NCBI GenBank assembly: GCA_958296125.1
Contig: OY282444.1
Location: 1,543,940 to 1,607,939, forward strand
Direction: 5' to 3'
DNA: 64,000 nt
Source: an uncultured Poribacteria bacterium
GTDB lineage: Bacteria; Poribacteria; WGA-4E; PCPOR2b
Below the pieces are notes generated by a model that saw nothing but the letters and a program-made list of their open reading frames with translations, did not search any database and was not told where the DNA came from. Every line of letters starts with the position of its first letter. Position 1 is the stretch's first letter. A program made the translations under genes and the position numbers. Positions 1 to 9,123 of the stretch are shown one piece after another.

Positions 1-354
1 TTTGATATCGGGCCCTCCATCGGCGTGCCAATAAACTTGCCGGTGTGGACCTTGACTCTGGGAGATAGCCTTCAACGCATCTCCCAATCCGCAGGCTCCT
101 ACATGTACCTGCTTACAGTCCAGTAAGCGTTTAGCAATCTCAACGAGTTGTGGTTGCTCCACTATCTTGAGGATTGGCTCTCCTACCATAAGAAATTGAC
201 AGGCCAGCTTGTTGAGTCCATTGGGCCAATCTGTACTCGCCCACTTGTCCTCGTTTTCCACAGCGACCTGCTCAATTTCGCGCATGCGTTCTTCGCCAAA
301 GGGATTAGGCATAAAGAAAAATCCGTTTGTGTGAAAATGGTTCATCTGTGCCAT
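1..354 (-). CDS. Phytanoyl-CoA dioxygenase (PhyH) family protein; partial, runs off the window edge
   Basis: Hand translation of the minus strand from the ATG at 354 gives MAQMNHFHTNGFFFMPNPFGEERMREIEQVAVENEDKWASTD...WHADGGPDIK. The N-terminal architecture and the HxD iron motif (WHADGG) match the other PhyH paralogs here. The ORF is open through position 1. Confidence 0.45.
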   Translation of the reverse strand, partial: MAQMNHFHTNGFFFMPNPFGEERMREIEQVAVENEDKWASTDWPNGLNKLACQFLMVGEPILKIVEQPQLVEIAKRLLDCKQVHVGACGLGDALKAISQSQGPHRQVYWHADGGPDIK

Positions 355-416
355 GGTAAGCTTCACAATCGTTTCATCTCCCTTCGCAAATTGCACTTTC
401 TATTTTATTCTCCTCA

Positions 417-1049
417 TTACGAGTAACAAATTTGAAGGCAATACAACCGAGCCTTTGATTCCACAAGGTCAGCATGATAGCCTTTGGGTAGCGCGAGTAC
501 GTTATTGTGACGGAGGTTCATGGATTGCTCAAACGAATGTACCTCACTGTAGATGCGTTGAGAGGCATGCCCTTCTGCGGGCGCGAAACGGTAGAAACAA
601 ATCGCTTCGCCAGAGATTGAGTGAATAGGCGTTTCACTGACCATCAACGCATGTTCGCCACGGTTGAAATCGTCGCCCGGTTCGAGGATGACAGCTGCCG
701 TTTCAAGAAAGGAGGGTGCTTTACAAACTGCGACCTCCGCAGGCTCGTCGTGCGCGAGAATTTCGTATGTCGTCCGATAAGGGACAGATGCACGATACGC
801 CTCGCCGCCAAAGACGTTTGCACGTTCACCGATGAGTCCATGGGCTTTATTCCCATTATGTCCAACAAGCAATTCACACTGACCCCCGAGTACAATCAGC
901 ATAACCTCGTTATCCCCGGTATCTTCAAAGAAAGATTCACCGACACCGAGGTTGAGGATGCCAAAATCGAGCCCCATTATTCCCATTTCGCCGCTTTCGA
1001 TAATTCGGATATATCCGTTATCTGGTTCGTATTTCTTGTATAGGTTCAT
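417..1049 (-). CDS. Cupin-fold sugar isomerase-like protein (IolB/KduI-like)
   Basis: 210-aa ORF. The N-terminal segment EPDNGYIRIIESGEMGIMGLDFGILNLGVGESFFEDTGDNEVMLIVLGGQCELLV fits the 5-deoxyglucuronate isomerase pattern (W/Y..F.V..L..G......G..E..LV.L.G). The match is weak. Confidence 0.3.
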   Translation of the reverse strand: MNLYKKYEPDNGYIRIIESGEMGIMGLDFGILNLGVGESFFEDTGDNEVMLIVLGGQCELLVGHNGNKAHGLIGERANVFGGEAYRASVPYRTTYEILAHDEPAEVAVCKAPSFLETAAVILEPGDDFNRGEHALMVSETPIHSISGEAICFYRFAPAEGHASQRIYSEVHSFEQSMNLRHNNVLALPKGYHADLVESKARLYCLQICYS

Positions 1050-1273
1050 CTCTGATCTGCTCGTTTGCCCGATGGTTGATGTATCTTGGCCCGACGCTTC
1101 ACGCTGGAAATCTCGCTACGCTCGTTGCACCCGGGGGAATCAGATGGACCTGATTTGCTAGTTTGCATATCTTAATCGCATTATATCATCAAAGCAACTC
1201 GTTAGCGATCCAAAATAGAGCCGACTACCAATTCCCCATCTTTGACTCATGGGCAATCTCTAAGAATTGACAA

Positions 1274-1302
1274 TTGACAATTAGTAGGCGACTCGCTATA
1301 AT
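1274..1302 (+). promoter_or_regulatory. Consensus sigma70-type promoter for argJ (TTGACA-17 nt-TATAAT)
   Basis: TTGACA at 1274-1279, a 17-nt spacer, then TATAAT at 1297-1302. A second TTGACA lies at 1267-1272. The site is ~70 nt upstream of argJ. Confidence 0.5.
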
Positions 1303-1370
1303 TGATTTACTAGTAGTTCGGGATGTGATAGAAGTAGAGAGGGAAATCGAACCTTATCCAATGGAGAACT

Positions 1371-2579
1371 GTGATGAAACAAATTGATGGCGGAATCACC
1401 GCAGTACCGGGTTTGAGAGCGACCGGTGTCCACGGAGGACTGAAGCCAAATAACGAAAAGGATGTTGCCCTGATAGTGACGGACGCACCGGCGGTCGCGG
1501 CAGGTGTCTTCACGAAAAATCGTGTTTGCGCCCCGGTCGTTTTGGTATGCCGTGAAAATCTCAGTGACAATACGGCTCAAGCGATTGTCGTCAACAGCAA
1601 GAATGCTAACGCATGTACGGGCGAAGTCGGAATGGCGAATGCACGACGGATGACCTCGCTGGTGGGGGAAGCACTCGGCATCGATCCAAGTTTCGTATTA
1701 GTGGCTTCAACGGGGGTTATTGGGCAGCAGTTGCCGATGGATAAAATTACTAACGGCATCCATCTCGCCGCACAGGCTTTAGAACCAGATGGTGGACATG
1801 ATGCCACCCTCGCAATCATGACAACGGATACTTTCCCCAAAGAGATTGCCGTAGAGTTTGAAATTGGGGGGAAAACGGTCAGGATTGGTGGTATGACGAA
1901 AGGGTCAGGGATGATTGCTCCGAATCTTGCCACGATGCTCGCTTTTCTGGCGACAGATGTGAATATCGCCAGTCAACCGCTACAGCAGGCGTTACGCGAG
2001 TCCGCTGCGAAGTCTTTCAATCGCATGACAGTCGATTCGGATAGCAGTACAAACGACACGGTGCTAATCATGGCAACGGGCACCGCAGGGAATCCGAAAA
2101 TCACCGAAACAGTTGACGATGATTATGAGGCGTTCCGTGAGGGACTGGACTTTGCCTGTATTGAGTTAGCAAAAAAGATAGCGCGAGATGGAGAGGGTGC
2201 AACGAAGCTGGTCACAGTGGTTGTGAAAGGCGCGAAGAACGAAGCGGAAGGGGAGATGGCAGCCCGTGCAATCGCGGAGTCGCCGCTTGTGAAGACCGCT
2301 GTTTTTGGGACGGATGCAAATTGGGGACGTATTATGATGGCGGTTGGGAAATCGGGAGCGGAATTCGACCCGTATCAAGTGGATGTCTGGCTCAGCGGCT
2401 ATCAGCTTGTCAAGGATGGGATGGACGCAGGGTTTGATGAGGATAAAGCAACGGCACTCTTTTCCAAGGATACCGTGACGATAACAGTCGATCTAAACGC
2501 CGGCGATGCGGCGGTCACCATGTGGACATGCGACTATTCTTACGATTATATTAAAATCAATGCGGACTACCGGACCTAA
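1371..2579 (+). CDS. argJ: Bifunctional glutamate N-acetyltransferase / amino-acid acetyltransferase (ornithine acetyltransferase)
   Basis: 402 aa. The ATMLAFLATDVNI autoprocessing-site motif, the GGMTKGSGMIAPN segment and the C-terminal TCDYSYDYIKINADYRT are all typical of ArgJ. A GGAG Shine-Dalgarno lies 7 nt upstream of the ATG at 1374. Confidence 0.9.
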   Translation: MMKQIDGGITAVPGLRATGVHGGLKPNNEKDVALIVTDAPAVAAGVFTKNRVCAPVVLVCRENLSDNTAQAIVVNSKNANACTGEVGMANARRMTSLVGEALGIDPSFVLVASTGVIGQQLPMDKITNGIHLAAQALEPDGGHDATLAIMTTDTFPKEIAVEFEIGGKTVRIGGMTKGSGMIAPNLATMLAFLATDVNIASQPLQQALRESAAKSFNRMTVDSDSSTNDTVLIMATGTAGNPKITETVDDDYEAFREGLDFACIELAKKIARDGEGATKLVTVVVKGAKNEAEGEMAARAIAESPLVKTAVFGTDANWGRIMMAVGKSGAEFDPYQVDVWLSGYQLVKDGMDAGFDEDKATALFSKDTVTITVDLNAGDAAVTMWTCDYSYDYIKINADYRT

Positions 2580-2724
2580 TATCCGTCCTGCCCCCGTCGT
2601 CAGCGGGACTTACTGCTACAAATTGAAGATTGGCAAGTTCATCACTAAACGGAAAATTTTGGGGGCCACAGGGAATCGAGGGGGGTAACTAGTTGAGGCA
2701 GGATCATGCAACATGCAGCATGAT

Positions 2725-3387
2725 TTATGTGACCCCGTCGCGAACATAGTTGGGTGTCAGCGAGAAGTAATCACTAGATTGTCCATCGAGCAATCGGTCG
2801 TAACCAATTCGTGCGATGCTTGTACCGCGCGGCACGTTAAAAATCGGATCGGCGAGAGGCACATCATCGCCGAACCGCTCCAAAACAACGGGGGCGTATC
2901 GCTGCAAACCATCTCCAACAAAGATCACAGGGCCATCGATTTGATTCAAAAGTGACTCAATTGGCAGACAGAGATCATCAGACTGTCGCAGGAAATTTTG
3001 TCCCCCACGAAAAACTGCACCGTACACTTCATCTTTCCGCGCATCGAGGATTGGGCAGATTAATCTGTCTGTGTAGCGGAGGTTGTATGCAATTGCCTCC
3101 ACTGTTGAGACACCGATGATTGGTTTTTTGAGGGCGTAGCAGAGCGATTTAATAGTGCCCACCCCAATTCGGATGCCCGTAAATGACCCCGGGCCTATCC
3201 CAACAGCACATGCGTCGAGGTCATGTACAGTCAGATCCGCCCACTTTAAGATTTGGTCTATAGCGGGCATCAGTCTAGACGAATGGGCTTTCACAATGCT
3301 GAGTGTATGTTCAGCAACGAAATGCTCTCCATCAATCAAACCGACACTACCAATGGGAGTTGATGTATCGACACCAAGAATTTTCAT
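2725..3387 (-). CDS. tsaB: tRNA threonylcarbamoyladenosine biosynthesis protein TsaB (YeaZ)
   Basis: MKILGVDTSTPIGSVGLIDGE...VGIGPGSFTGIRIGVGTIKSLCYALKKPIIGVSTVEA is the inactive Kae1/TsaD-paralog signature. The ORF extends to 3417, but the internal Met (MKILGV) is the probable start. Confidence 0.85.
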   Translation of the reverse strand: MKILGVDTSTPIGSVGLIDGEHFVAEHTLSIVKAHSSRLMPAIDQILKWADLTVHDLDACAVGIGPGSFTGIRIGVGTIKSLCYALKKPIIGVSTVEAIAYNLRYTDRLICPILDARKDEVYGAVFRGGQNFLRQSDDLCLPIESLLNQIDGPVIFVGDGLQRYAPVVLERFGDDVPLADPIFNVPRGTSIARIGYDRLLDGQSSDYFSLTPNYVRDGVT

Positions 3388-3400
3388 GCCCGGAGAACGA

Positions 3401-4393
3401 TTAGAATCCATTGTCAAACTCTACCAACAACTCGGGACTGTATAGGTCATCCTTTTCCTGAAGAACCGCGTCAGGTGTTACCGATTGTTGCACATCATCC
3501 GTAAGTATAACTGGGAAGATTATATCAAGTGCCTTTTGCAGATCACCTGCAAACGGTGTGTACGGAATTGAGAGGGCGCGCAATGCTTGTTCAAACCGTT
3601 TGTAGCCCTGTTCATCACGCAACTCAACCCAAAGAATATCCTGTGAGTCCAGTTCCTCCTTGTTTGACTCTGAGAGTTTATCAGCCACGAAAATGCGGTT
3701 AGCCCGAGCGATCGGGGCATCTACACTTTCAGGATTCCCCTTGCCCATGAGTTTCACTTCGCAGCGGTGTCTAGTGTCTCTGTCATCTAAAAGATAAAAA
3801 TCTACCTCGCGGTTTGAAGTGGGAAGACCGCTCTGATCAAAATATTTTCTTGGCACTCGAAAGAGCGCACAAAGTGTTGTCATCAGCGGTTTTTCGACCT
3901 GCTTACCCGCTGTGCTCCACAAGCCACCACGAAGTGCGGCGCGTTTAACAGCAATCGTATTTATGACAATTAAACTTTCATTCACATCGAGTTCAACACT
4001 CACGCCGCGGAACTTGATTGTGAGCAAAATATCAATATCACCTTCTGCCGTTAAACTTTCAATTGCATTATAAAGTGCTTCATAATGCTCAATGGAGGCT
4101 GCCAACACAATTTCGCGTTTTACCGAGTTATACATATTTTCGATAGTTTTCATGTTCAAGCCTGAATGGATGGCAATTTCTTCTTTAGGCAGATCGGAAT
4201 TCAATAACTCTTTTTTGTACCAATCAATTGTGACAGATTGATTCTCCAATTTTGCAGAAGCAACCCGTTTGAAGAAATCTATGACATACTGCAAGACTGC
4301 AGCATTAATCAACGCAACGATTTCAGCGCGATAATCTTGACCCGAAAGCAATTTGCGTATAATATTCTTAATCACAATGCCGGTGATAGTCAT
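3401..4393 (-). CDS. Putative Type II restriction endonuclease (family unassigned)
   Basis: 330-aa ORF overlapping the 3' end of the upstream DNA methyltransferase by 26 nt, in the same orientation. It contains a candidate PD-(D/E)XK-like segment (FYLLDDRDTRHRCEVKLMGKG). No housekeeping family was recognised. Confidence 0.45.
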   Translation of the reverse strand: MTITGIVIKNIIRKLLSGQDYRAEIVALINAAVLQYVIDFFKRVASAKLENQSVTIDWYKKELLNSDLPKEEIAIHSGLNMKTIENMYNSVKREIVLAASIEHYEALYNAIESLTAEGDIDILLTIKFRGVSVELDVNESLIVINTIAVKRAALRGGLWSTAGKQVEKPLMTTLCALFRVPRKYFDQSGLPTSNREVDFYLLDDRDTRHRCEVKLMGKGNPESVDAPIARANRIFVADKLSESNKEELDSQDILWVELRDEQGYKRFEQALRALSIPYTPFAGDLQKALDIIFPVILTDDVQQSVTPDAVLQEKDDLYSPELLVEFDNGF

Positions 4394-5789
4394 GACTTCC
4401 CTGTTCCATTTCCATCCGTGTTCTGAATGTATCTAACGATAGCTGCATGGGCTTTTTATGCAAAAGTAGTGACATTTCAGCAAGGCGAGACATTGCCCGT
4501 TGAACGTACTCCTTCTCTTTTTCGACGAGGAAGAAGAACCGTTCAAGCGACAAGGCGGCACTTCCAACCGTTCCAATTCCACCAAACGGATCAAATACTA
4601 AATCTCCTTTGAATGAGTAAAATTGGAGAACACGCTCAGCCAATTCAATCGGAAAGATTGCGGGATGAATTTTATCGTTGGCCGGGTTAATCTTCCAGAT
4701 ATTTGTTTTTTCGTAATCCCCTTTGACTTTGCTTGCCTCAATCGTTTCATTGTCATATTGTCTCATATTCCAGTCGATGAGTTTGTCGGTTTTCTTTCGA
4801 TAGACGATGACAGATTCTGAGACAGAATTTGCCTTGTATCCCAACGGTTTGCGATGCTGAAAGAATCCGCCATTTCGATTTTTTGCGCTCTGTTCGGGCT
4901 TGACCCAGATAATATCTTCGATAAACTCCCAACCCATTTGTGTCAATAGTGGATGAATATCAAAAGGAATAGCATACCGCTTGCTTGAATGAGACCGACT
5001 CATTCGTGGAATGATAACGGGTGAGGTGTTTAATACGAAAAAGCGTCCTTCTTTTGTGATGCGATGCACCGCCTTAAACACATCCACTAAAAACGCTAGG
5101 TAGTCATCATAGCTTGGGTAAATTGTGTAGTCACGGGCATTGTAATAGGGTGGGGAGGTGAAGGTTAGGTGGATAGATTCGTCAGGCACATGGTTCAACG
5201 TTTCGCGGACATCTCCGTGAACAAGCACGTTTTTCAGGGCATTGGGGCTTAACGGATGTGTTTTGTCCCTTGTCCCCTCCTTTTGATCGGTGCGTAGTTC
5301 TTTACAAATCGCGTCTTGAATCTCTGAATTTGGATGATCCGTCAATGGAAGTAAAGCGGATTGAACTTCTGGCAGCTTTTTGAAGTGAAGTAGCGCACGA
5401 ATTGCTTGCAGAACGACCTTGGGATCTCCATCATGCAGAAATTGAGAGAGGATGGGGATTGCTTTTTCGGTTCGCATTCGCCCAATCGTTGAGATTGCCT
5501 CGCGGCGAGTCAACGTATTATCTTCGCTGGTCGCCAATTCTGAAACAACATTAAACCACGATGGGTCGTTCAACTTTCCAAGATTCTTCACTGCGAGGAG
5601 GCGAATTTTGGGGTTCGGGTGCTGAAGTAACTGTGCCAGCAAACTACCATTGAAATCGGCCGGCAATCTACCCAAGTTTTCAAGAGTAATCAACAATGTT
5701 TGCTCATCATTTGTCGGTGCAAGAATTTTGGTAAAAAACAGGGCATCACTTGCTGATTTTTTCGTTTGGATTAGTTCTTTTGTTAGCAT
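4368..5789 (-). CDS. Beta-class DNA N4-cytosine/N6-adenine methyltransferase with an N-terminal HEAT-repeat domain
   Basis: The C-terminal ~280 aa carry motif IV (TFTSPPYYNARDY) ahead of motif I (FDPFGGIGTVG). This is the circularly permuted beta order of the N6_N4_Mtase family. The N-terminal ~190 aa consist of PBS-lyase/HEAT-like repeats (NPKIRLLAVKNLGKL..., RREAISTIGRM..., DPKVVLQAIRAL...). Confidence 0.8.
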   Translation of the reverse strand: MLTKELIQTKKSASDALFFTKILAPTNDEQTLLITLENLGRLPADFNGSLLAQLLQHPNPKIRLLAVKNLGKLNDPSWFNVVSELATSEDNTLTRREAISTIGRMRTEKAIPILSQFLHDGDPKVVLQAIRALLHFKKLPEVQSALLPLTDHPNSEIQDAICKELRTDQKEGTRDKTHPLSPNALKNVLVHGDVRETLNHVPDESIHLTFTSPPYYNARDYTIYPSYDDYLAFLVDVFKAVHRITKEGRFFVLNTSPVIIPRMSRSHSSKRYAIPFDIHPLLTQMGWEFIEDIIWVKPEQSAKNRNGGFFQHRKPLGYKANSVSESVIVYRKKTDKLIDWNMRQYDNETIEASKVKGDYEKTNIWKINPANDKIHPAIFPIELAERVLQFYSFKGDLVFDPFGGIGTVGSAALSLERFFFLVEKEKEYVQRAMSRLAEMSLLLHKKPMQLSLDTFRTRMEMEQGSHDYHRHCD

Positions 5790-5925
5790 TGTCGACTACC
5801 CAACCCTAAAGAAAGATTTGAGCTCGTCACCTACGCCAATAGGACCGAAACTCTACTACAAAAACCAAATCAATTATACCATATTTTACCTGCAAAATCG
5901 CCAAAAAACCTAAGGCGTGGGGATT

Positions 5926-6549
5926 CTATACTTGAAAGTTAATCATCGAATGGCTCTCAAGTTGTTTCCAAAGCTGCGCGGTCAAGCTCGCTAACGGAAG
6001 CCCCACCACGTTGAAGTAGCAGCCCTCGATTCGCTCGACGAAAGCCCCAGCTTTGCCTTGTATCCCGTAAGCACCCGCCTTATCGGATGATTCGCCGCTG
6101 CGGACATACGCCAAGATTTCCGATTGACGCAATTTTCTAAAATAGACCGCTGTTTTTTCTGCCCACCCCACTTCGTTTTTCCGTTTGACATCGACTAATG
6201 CAACACCGGTGATTACTTCATGTCGGTTTCCGCTGAGGCGCGTTAAAATTTCGATGGCGTGTGTATCGTTCTCCGGTTTACCGATTGGCTGCCCATCAAT
6301 GACAACAATGGTATCTGCGCCGATAACTAGGCCCACATCGAGCTTCACAGCGACCGTTCTCGCCTTTGTCAGAGCGAGCTCCTTGACAGCTATTACCGGA
6401 GATATACGTATAATCTTTGGCTCCTCTACTTCACTAGGGCACACCTCAAATTCAAGCCCAATCTGCTTGAGCAAATCCGCGCGGCGTGGCGATTTTGAGG
6501 CGAGGACAATATTGGGAAGGGCGTTGTACAACTGGGGGCTTTCAATCAT
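5926..6549 (-). CDS. maf: Maf-like nucleoside triphosphate pyrophosphatase / septum formation protein
   Basis: LASKSPRRADLLKQIGLEF, VIGADTIVVIDGQPIGKP and HEVITGVALVD are canonical Maf motifs. Confidence 0.85.
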   Translation of the reverse strand: MIESPQLYNALPNIVLASKSPRRADLLKQIGLEFEVCPSEVEEPKIIRISPVIAVKELALTKARTVAVKLDVGLVIGADTIVVIDGQPIGKPENDTHAIEILTRLSGNRHEVITGVALVDVKRKNEVGWAEKTAVYFRKLRQSEILAYVRSGESSDKAGAYGIQGKAGAFVERIEGCYFNVVGLPLASLTAQLWKQLESHSMINFQV

Positions 6550-6851
6550 TTAAGTTGAAACCACCGAGTATTGCATTCGGTCTGTATCCGTAGCAATCCG
6601 GCCTCCATCAATTCCGTAAATCCCTTCTGAATTTCCCATGGGGATAAACTAATCTGTTGAAGCCGTTTATCTAACCGAGGTGCTCGGAACCAGCCATCCT
6701 TCGTTGGGGATTGGTAGGTATCTCTAAAAACCTCTAGCGCACCATACAAACGAAAGGCTGTTGAAGAAAGCCTCACTAAAGGGTTGACTGCACCGTAGCA
6801 AGATGATACTGCTTGTGTCAGAGGCATCGTTCTCTCCTGGCGTAAAATCAA
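6546..6851 (-). CDS. RepA_N-like winged-helix DNA-binding protein (orphan, short)
   Basis: LYGALEVFRDTYQSPTKDGWFRAPRLDKRLQQISLSPWEIQKGFTELMEAGLL matches the replication-initiator-A N-terminal (RepA_N) pattern LYg.L...........nGWf.......l.e.l..S...i.k...eL.e.GLi. The ORF is only 101 aa and overlaps the maf start by 4 nt. Confidence 0.35.
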   Translation of the reverse strand: MILRQERTMPLTQAVSSCYGAVNPLVRLSSTAFRLYGALEVFRDTYQSPTKDGWFRAPRLDKRLQQISLSPWEIQKGFTELMEAGLLRIQTECNTRWFQLK

Positions 6852-7157
6852 TGTTCGGCCAACCTTTGTAAGCTACTAATACCGGTTGGCACGGTGCGAG
6901 CTCACAAAAAGTTCTCAATAATATAATACGTTCAACCAGAGAAAACCGTTTCAAAAATAGGTATGTGGGGCTTTACCCATTCCAATATCTGCCTTCAACT
7001 GTTGTAATCTCCGCCTGTGTTTAATCAATGGTTAAAAAAGAATCAACCGCAAAATCGCTGAACGATAAATATACCAATGGGGCTACAGACTTCTCCGCCC
7101 CTCCAAGTGTTGCAAATCATTGGCGTTGATGCAAAGCGGTCTCTATTTCGACGACAC

Positions 7158-8018
7158 CTAGCCATTTTCGACACGAACTGTGCCATCTCCGTCCACCGTC
7201 AGCTTGGTGGTTTGGAGCGATGAGCAAGGTCCATACATAACGGCGCGCTGCGCTTCTGTCATGCCCTCCACGAGTTCCTCCTCCCAATAGATTTCCGGGG
7301 GTGCGATTTCCCTTGCTACCCCTGCACGCACGGATGTCCGATCAGCATATTTGAAGAGCACCGATCGTCGGTGATGTTCACCACGCCAAGGGAAGGTGCC
7401 GTGCGTCTGGGCACCGTCCATGAAGAAAATTACGTCCCCCGCCTTCATCTCCGGTTGGATGACCACGCCCATATCATCGTCGCAGGTTTGCACACCGTGA
7501 GGCATGGGAAATCTAGATTTATGGCTGCCGGGTACGCAGGAGAATCCGCCCTCGCCTGCGTTGATGTCAGATAGTTGCCAAGTAACAGTCACCCCGCTGC
7601 AGTGCATCTTGTTGCTCTGGTGATGATAGGCAACGAAGGGCCTGTGCGGTTCACCTTGCCCGTGCATGATCAGCCCTTCGGTACCTTTCACACTGTCGGT
7701 CACCCAGGGCCCGTGATCGAATCGGAAGCCTGCCCCACACATCACACTGAGGCGCATGATGACCTGCGGGTGCACCAACATCTTACGGAACGGCTCACAA
7801 TACGGTGCTGCCAGTTCAAGTAGACCGTGGAGGGCACGTTGTCCAGTGCCTCGCAGTGTCTGAGAATCTCGAGCACCCTCATTGGGTTTACCAACGTGAA
7901 TTTGGTCGGCATGGTGGTCAATAGCTTCGTTGGCTGCCGCGATTTCATCGACTGTCAGTATGTCTCTGAGGATAAGGTATCCAGTAAGGTCCCAGAAGTA
8001 GCGTTCACGTTTGTCCAT
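7158..8018 (-). CDS. Phytanoyl-CoA dioxygenase (PhyH) family Fe(II)/2-oxoglutarate oxygenase
   Basis: YFWDLTGYLILRDILT, the HxD motif, and the distal GDVIFFMDGAQTHGT His motif. The start is set at MDKRERYFW (a GGAG lies 11 nt upstream). The ORF extends to 8063. Confidence 0.8.
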   Translation of the reverse strand: MDKRERYFWDLTGYLILRDILTVDEIAAANEAIDHHADQIHVGKPNEGARDSQTLRGTGQRALHGLLELAAPYCEPFRKMLVHPQVIMRLSVMCGAGFRFDHGPWVTDSVKGTEGLIMHGQGEPHRPFVAYHHQSNKMHCSGVTVTWQLSDINAGEGGFSCVPGSHKSRFPMPHGVQTCDDDMGVVIQPEMKAGDVIFFMDGAQTHGTFPWRGEHHRRSVLFKYADRTSVRAGVAREIAPPEIYWEEELVEGMTEAQRAVMYGPCSSLQTTKLTVDGDGTVRVENG

Positions 8019-8129
8019 TTTGCACATCTCCATTTCGCAGGTTATACCGATTCTGATTGCCAATACCCCATAAGCCTCCGCTCTATTCGCTGCGCTCTAG
8101 GGCAGGTGGCAGCTAATGTTGGTCAGATT

Positions 8130-9008
8130 TCATTCCGCAATCCAAGTTTTCTTTCCATCGGATTCAAGTAAGGGGAGTTTCCCCCCCGTGTGAACGCCTG
8201 GTCCGTAAAGGGCAGCATGTTGTTCGGGCGAGAGAGTTTTCGTCCACTCGCCGAAGCGGGCTTCAGGTGCAAAGAATCTGCCCACCGAACGGGCGACACC
8301 GCGGGAAGCGTATTTGTAAAGGATGGAACGCCGTTCACCCTTTCCCTTCCAAGGAAGCGTGCCATGGGTGGCAGTCTCTGCAAAGAAGAGGACATCACCT
8401 GCCTTCATCGCCGGCTGCACGGTTAGCCCCATGTCGTCTTCCACAGTCCGGACACTTTTGGGTGTCGGTTCACAGGCTTTGTGGCTGCCGGGAACAACCG
8501 CAAATCCGCCATCACCTTCGTTAACATCGGTGAGTTGCCATGCCACAGTGATGCCTCGACAGTAGATAACTCCGTTCTGTTGATGATACCAAACAGCCGG
8601 GCTGAAAGGTTCTCCCGCTCCGTGCAACTGGTGCCCTTCCGTTCCAGCCATTGCGCCAATCATCAATGGTCCGTGGTCAAGACGGAATCCTTTTCCACAC
8701 ATCGCGTTCAGGCGAGAAACAACCACCGGATGGACTAGGAGTTCGCGAAACGGTTCGCGATAGGGCTTCTCCCATCCCAACATCCCCGTCATTTCCAGCC
8801 GCCCTGTTTGTCCCTGAAGTGTTGATGACCCGCGAGCCAGCCCACCGTCGTCAACCGAACGGGCACGGATTTTGTCGGCATAGTGATTAATAGCTGCATT
8901 ACATTCGTCAATATCTTCTGGTGTCAACGCACCGCGAACGACAAGGTAGCCCGTGAGGTCAAAAAAATACTTTTCTTCCTCGGACATGACATATTTATTG
9001 TTGTCCAT
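8130..9008 (-). CDS. Phytanoyl-CoA dioxygenase (PhyH) family oxygenase, tandem paralog of 7158-8018
   Basis: Collinear with the neighbouring paralog: YFFDLTGYLVVRGALT, GGFAVVPGSHK and GDVLFFAETATHGTLPW. Confidence 0.85.
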   Translation of the reverse strand: MDNNKYVMSEEEKYFFDLTGYLVVRGALTPEDIDECNAAINHYADKIRARSVDDGGLARGSSTLQGQTGRLEMTGMLGWEKPYREPFRELLVHPVVVSRLNAMCGKGFRLDHGPLMIGAMAGTEGHQLHGAGEPFSPAVWYHQQNGVIYCRGITVAWQLTDVNEGDGGFAVVPGSHKACEPTPKSVRTVEDDMGLTVQPAMKAGDVLFFAETATHGTLPWKGKGERRSILYKYASRGVARSVGRFFAPEARFGEWTKTLSPEQHAALYGPGVHTGGKLPLLESDGKKTWIAE

Positions 9009-9123
9009 GGAATTTTCTCCTAGGTCTCTAGCTATAAGTGAAATTCCGAGTCATTGGGGGATCAAAACCGCGGTCAGATAAACTCTGAGCGTTGTATTGG
9101 TCGGCAAATGGAAGTCGGAGTAA

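Noticed and set aside
148-1043. Plus-strand ORFs 148-426, 353-628 and 621-1043
   Set aside because: They lie antisense to the PhyH partial gene and the cupin gene. They have no recognisable motifs and have the Cys/Arg-rich composition typical of shadow ORFs.
7371-8738. ORFs 7371-7574, 7575-7823, 7827-8171, 8267-8524, 8323-8565, 8481-8738 and 8651-8890
   Set aside because: They are antisense or out of frame within the two tandem PhyH genes. Their composition is Arg/Cys/His-rich and they carry no motifs.
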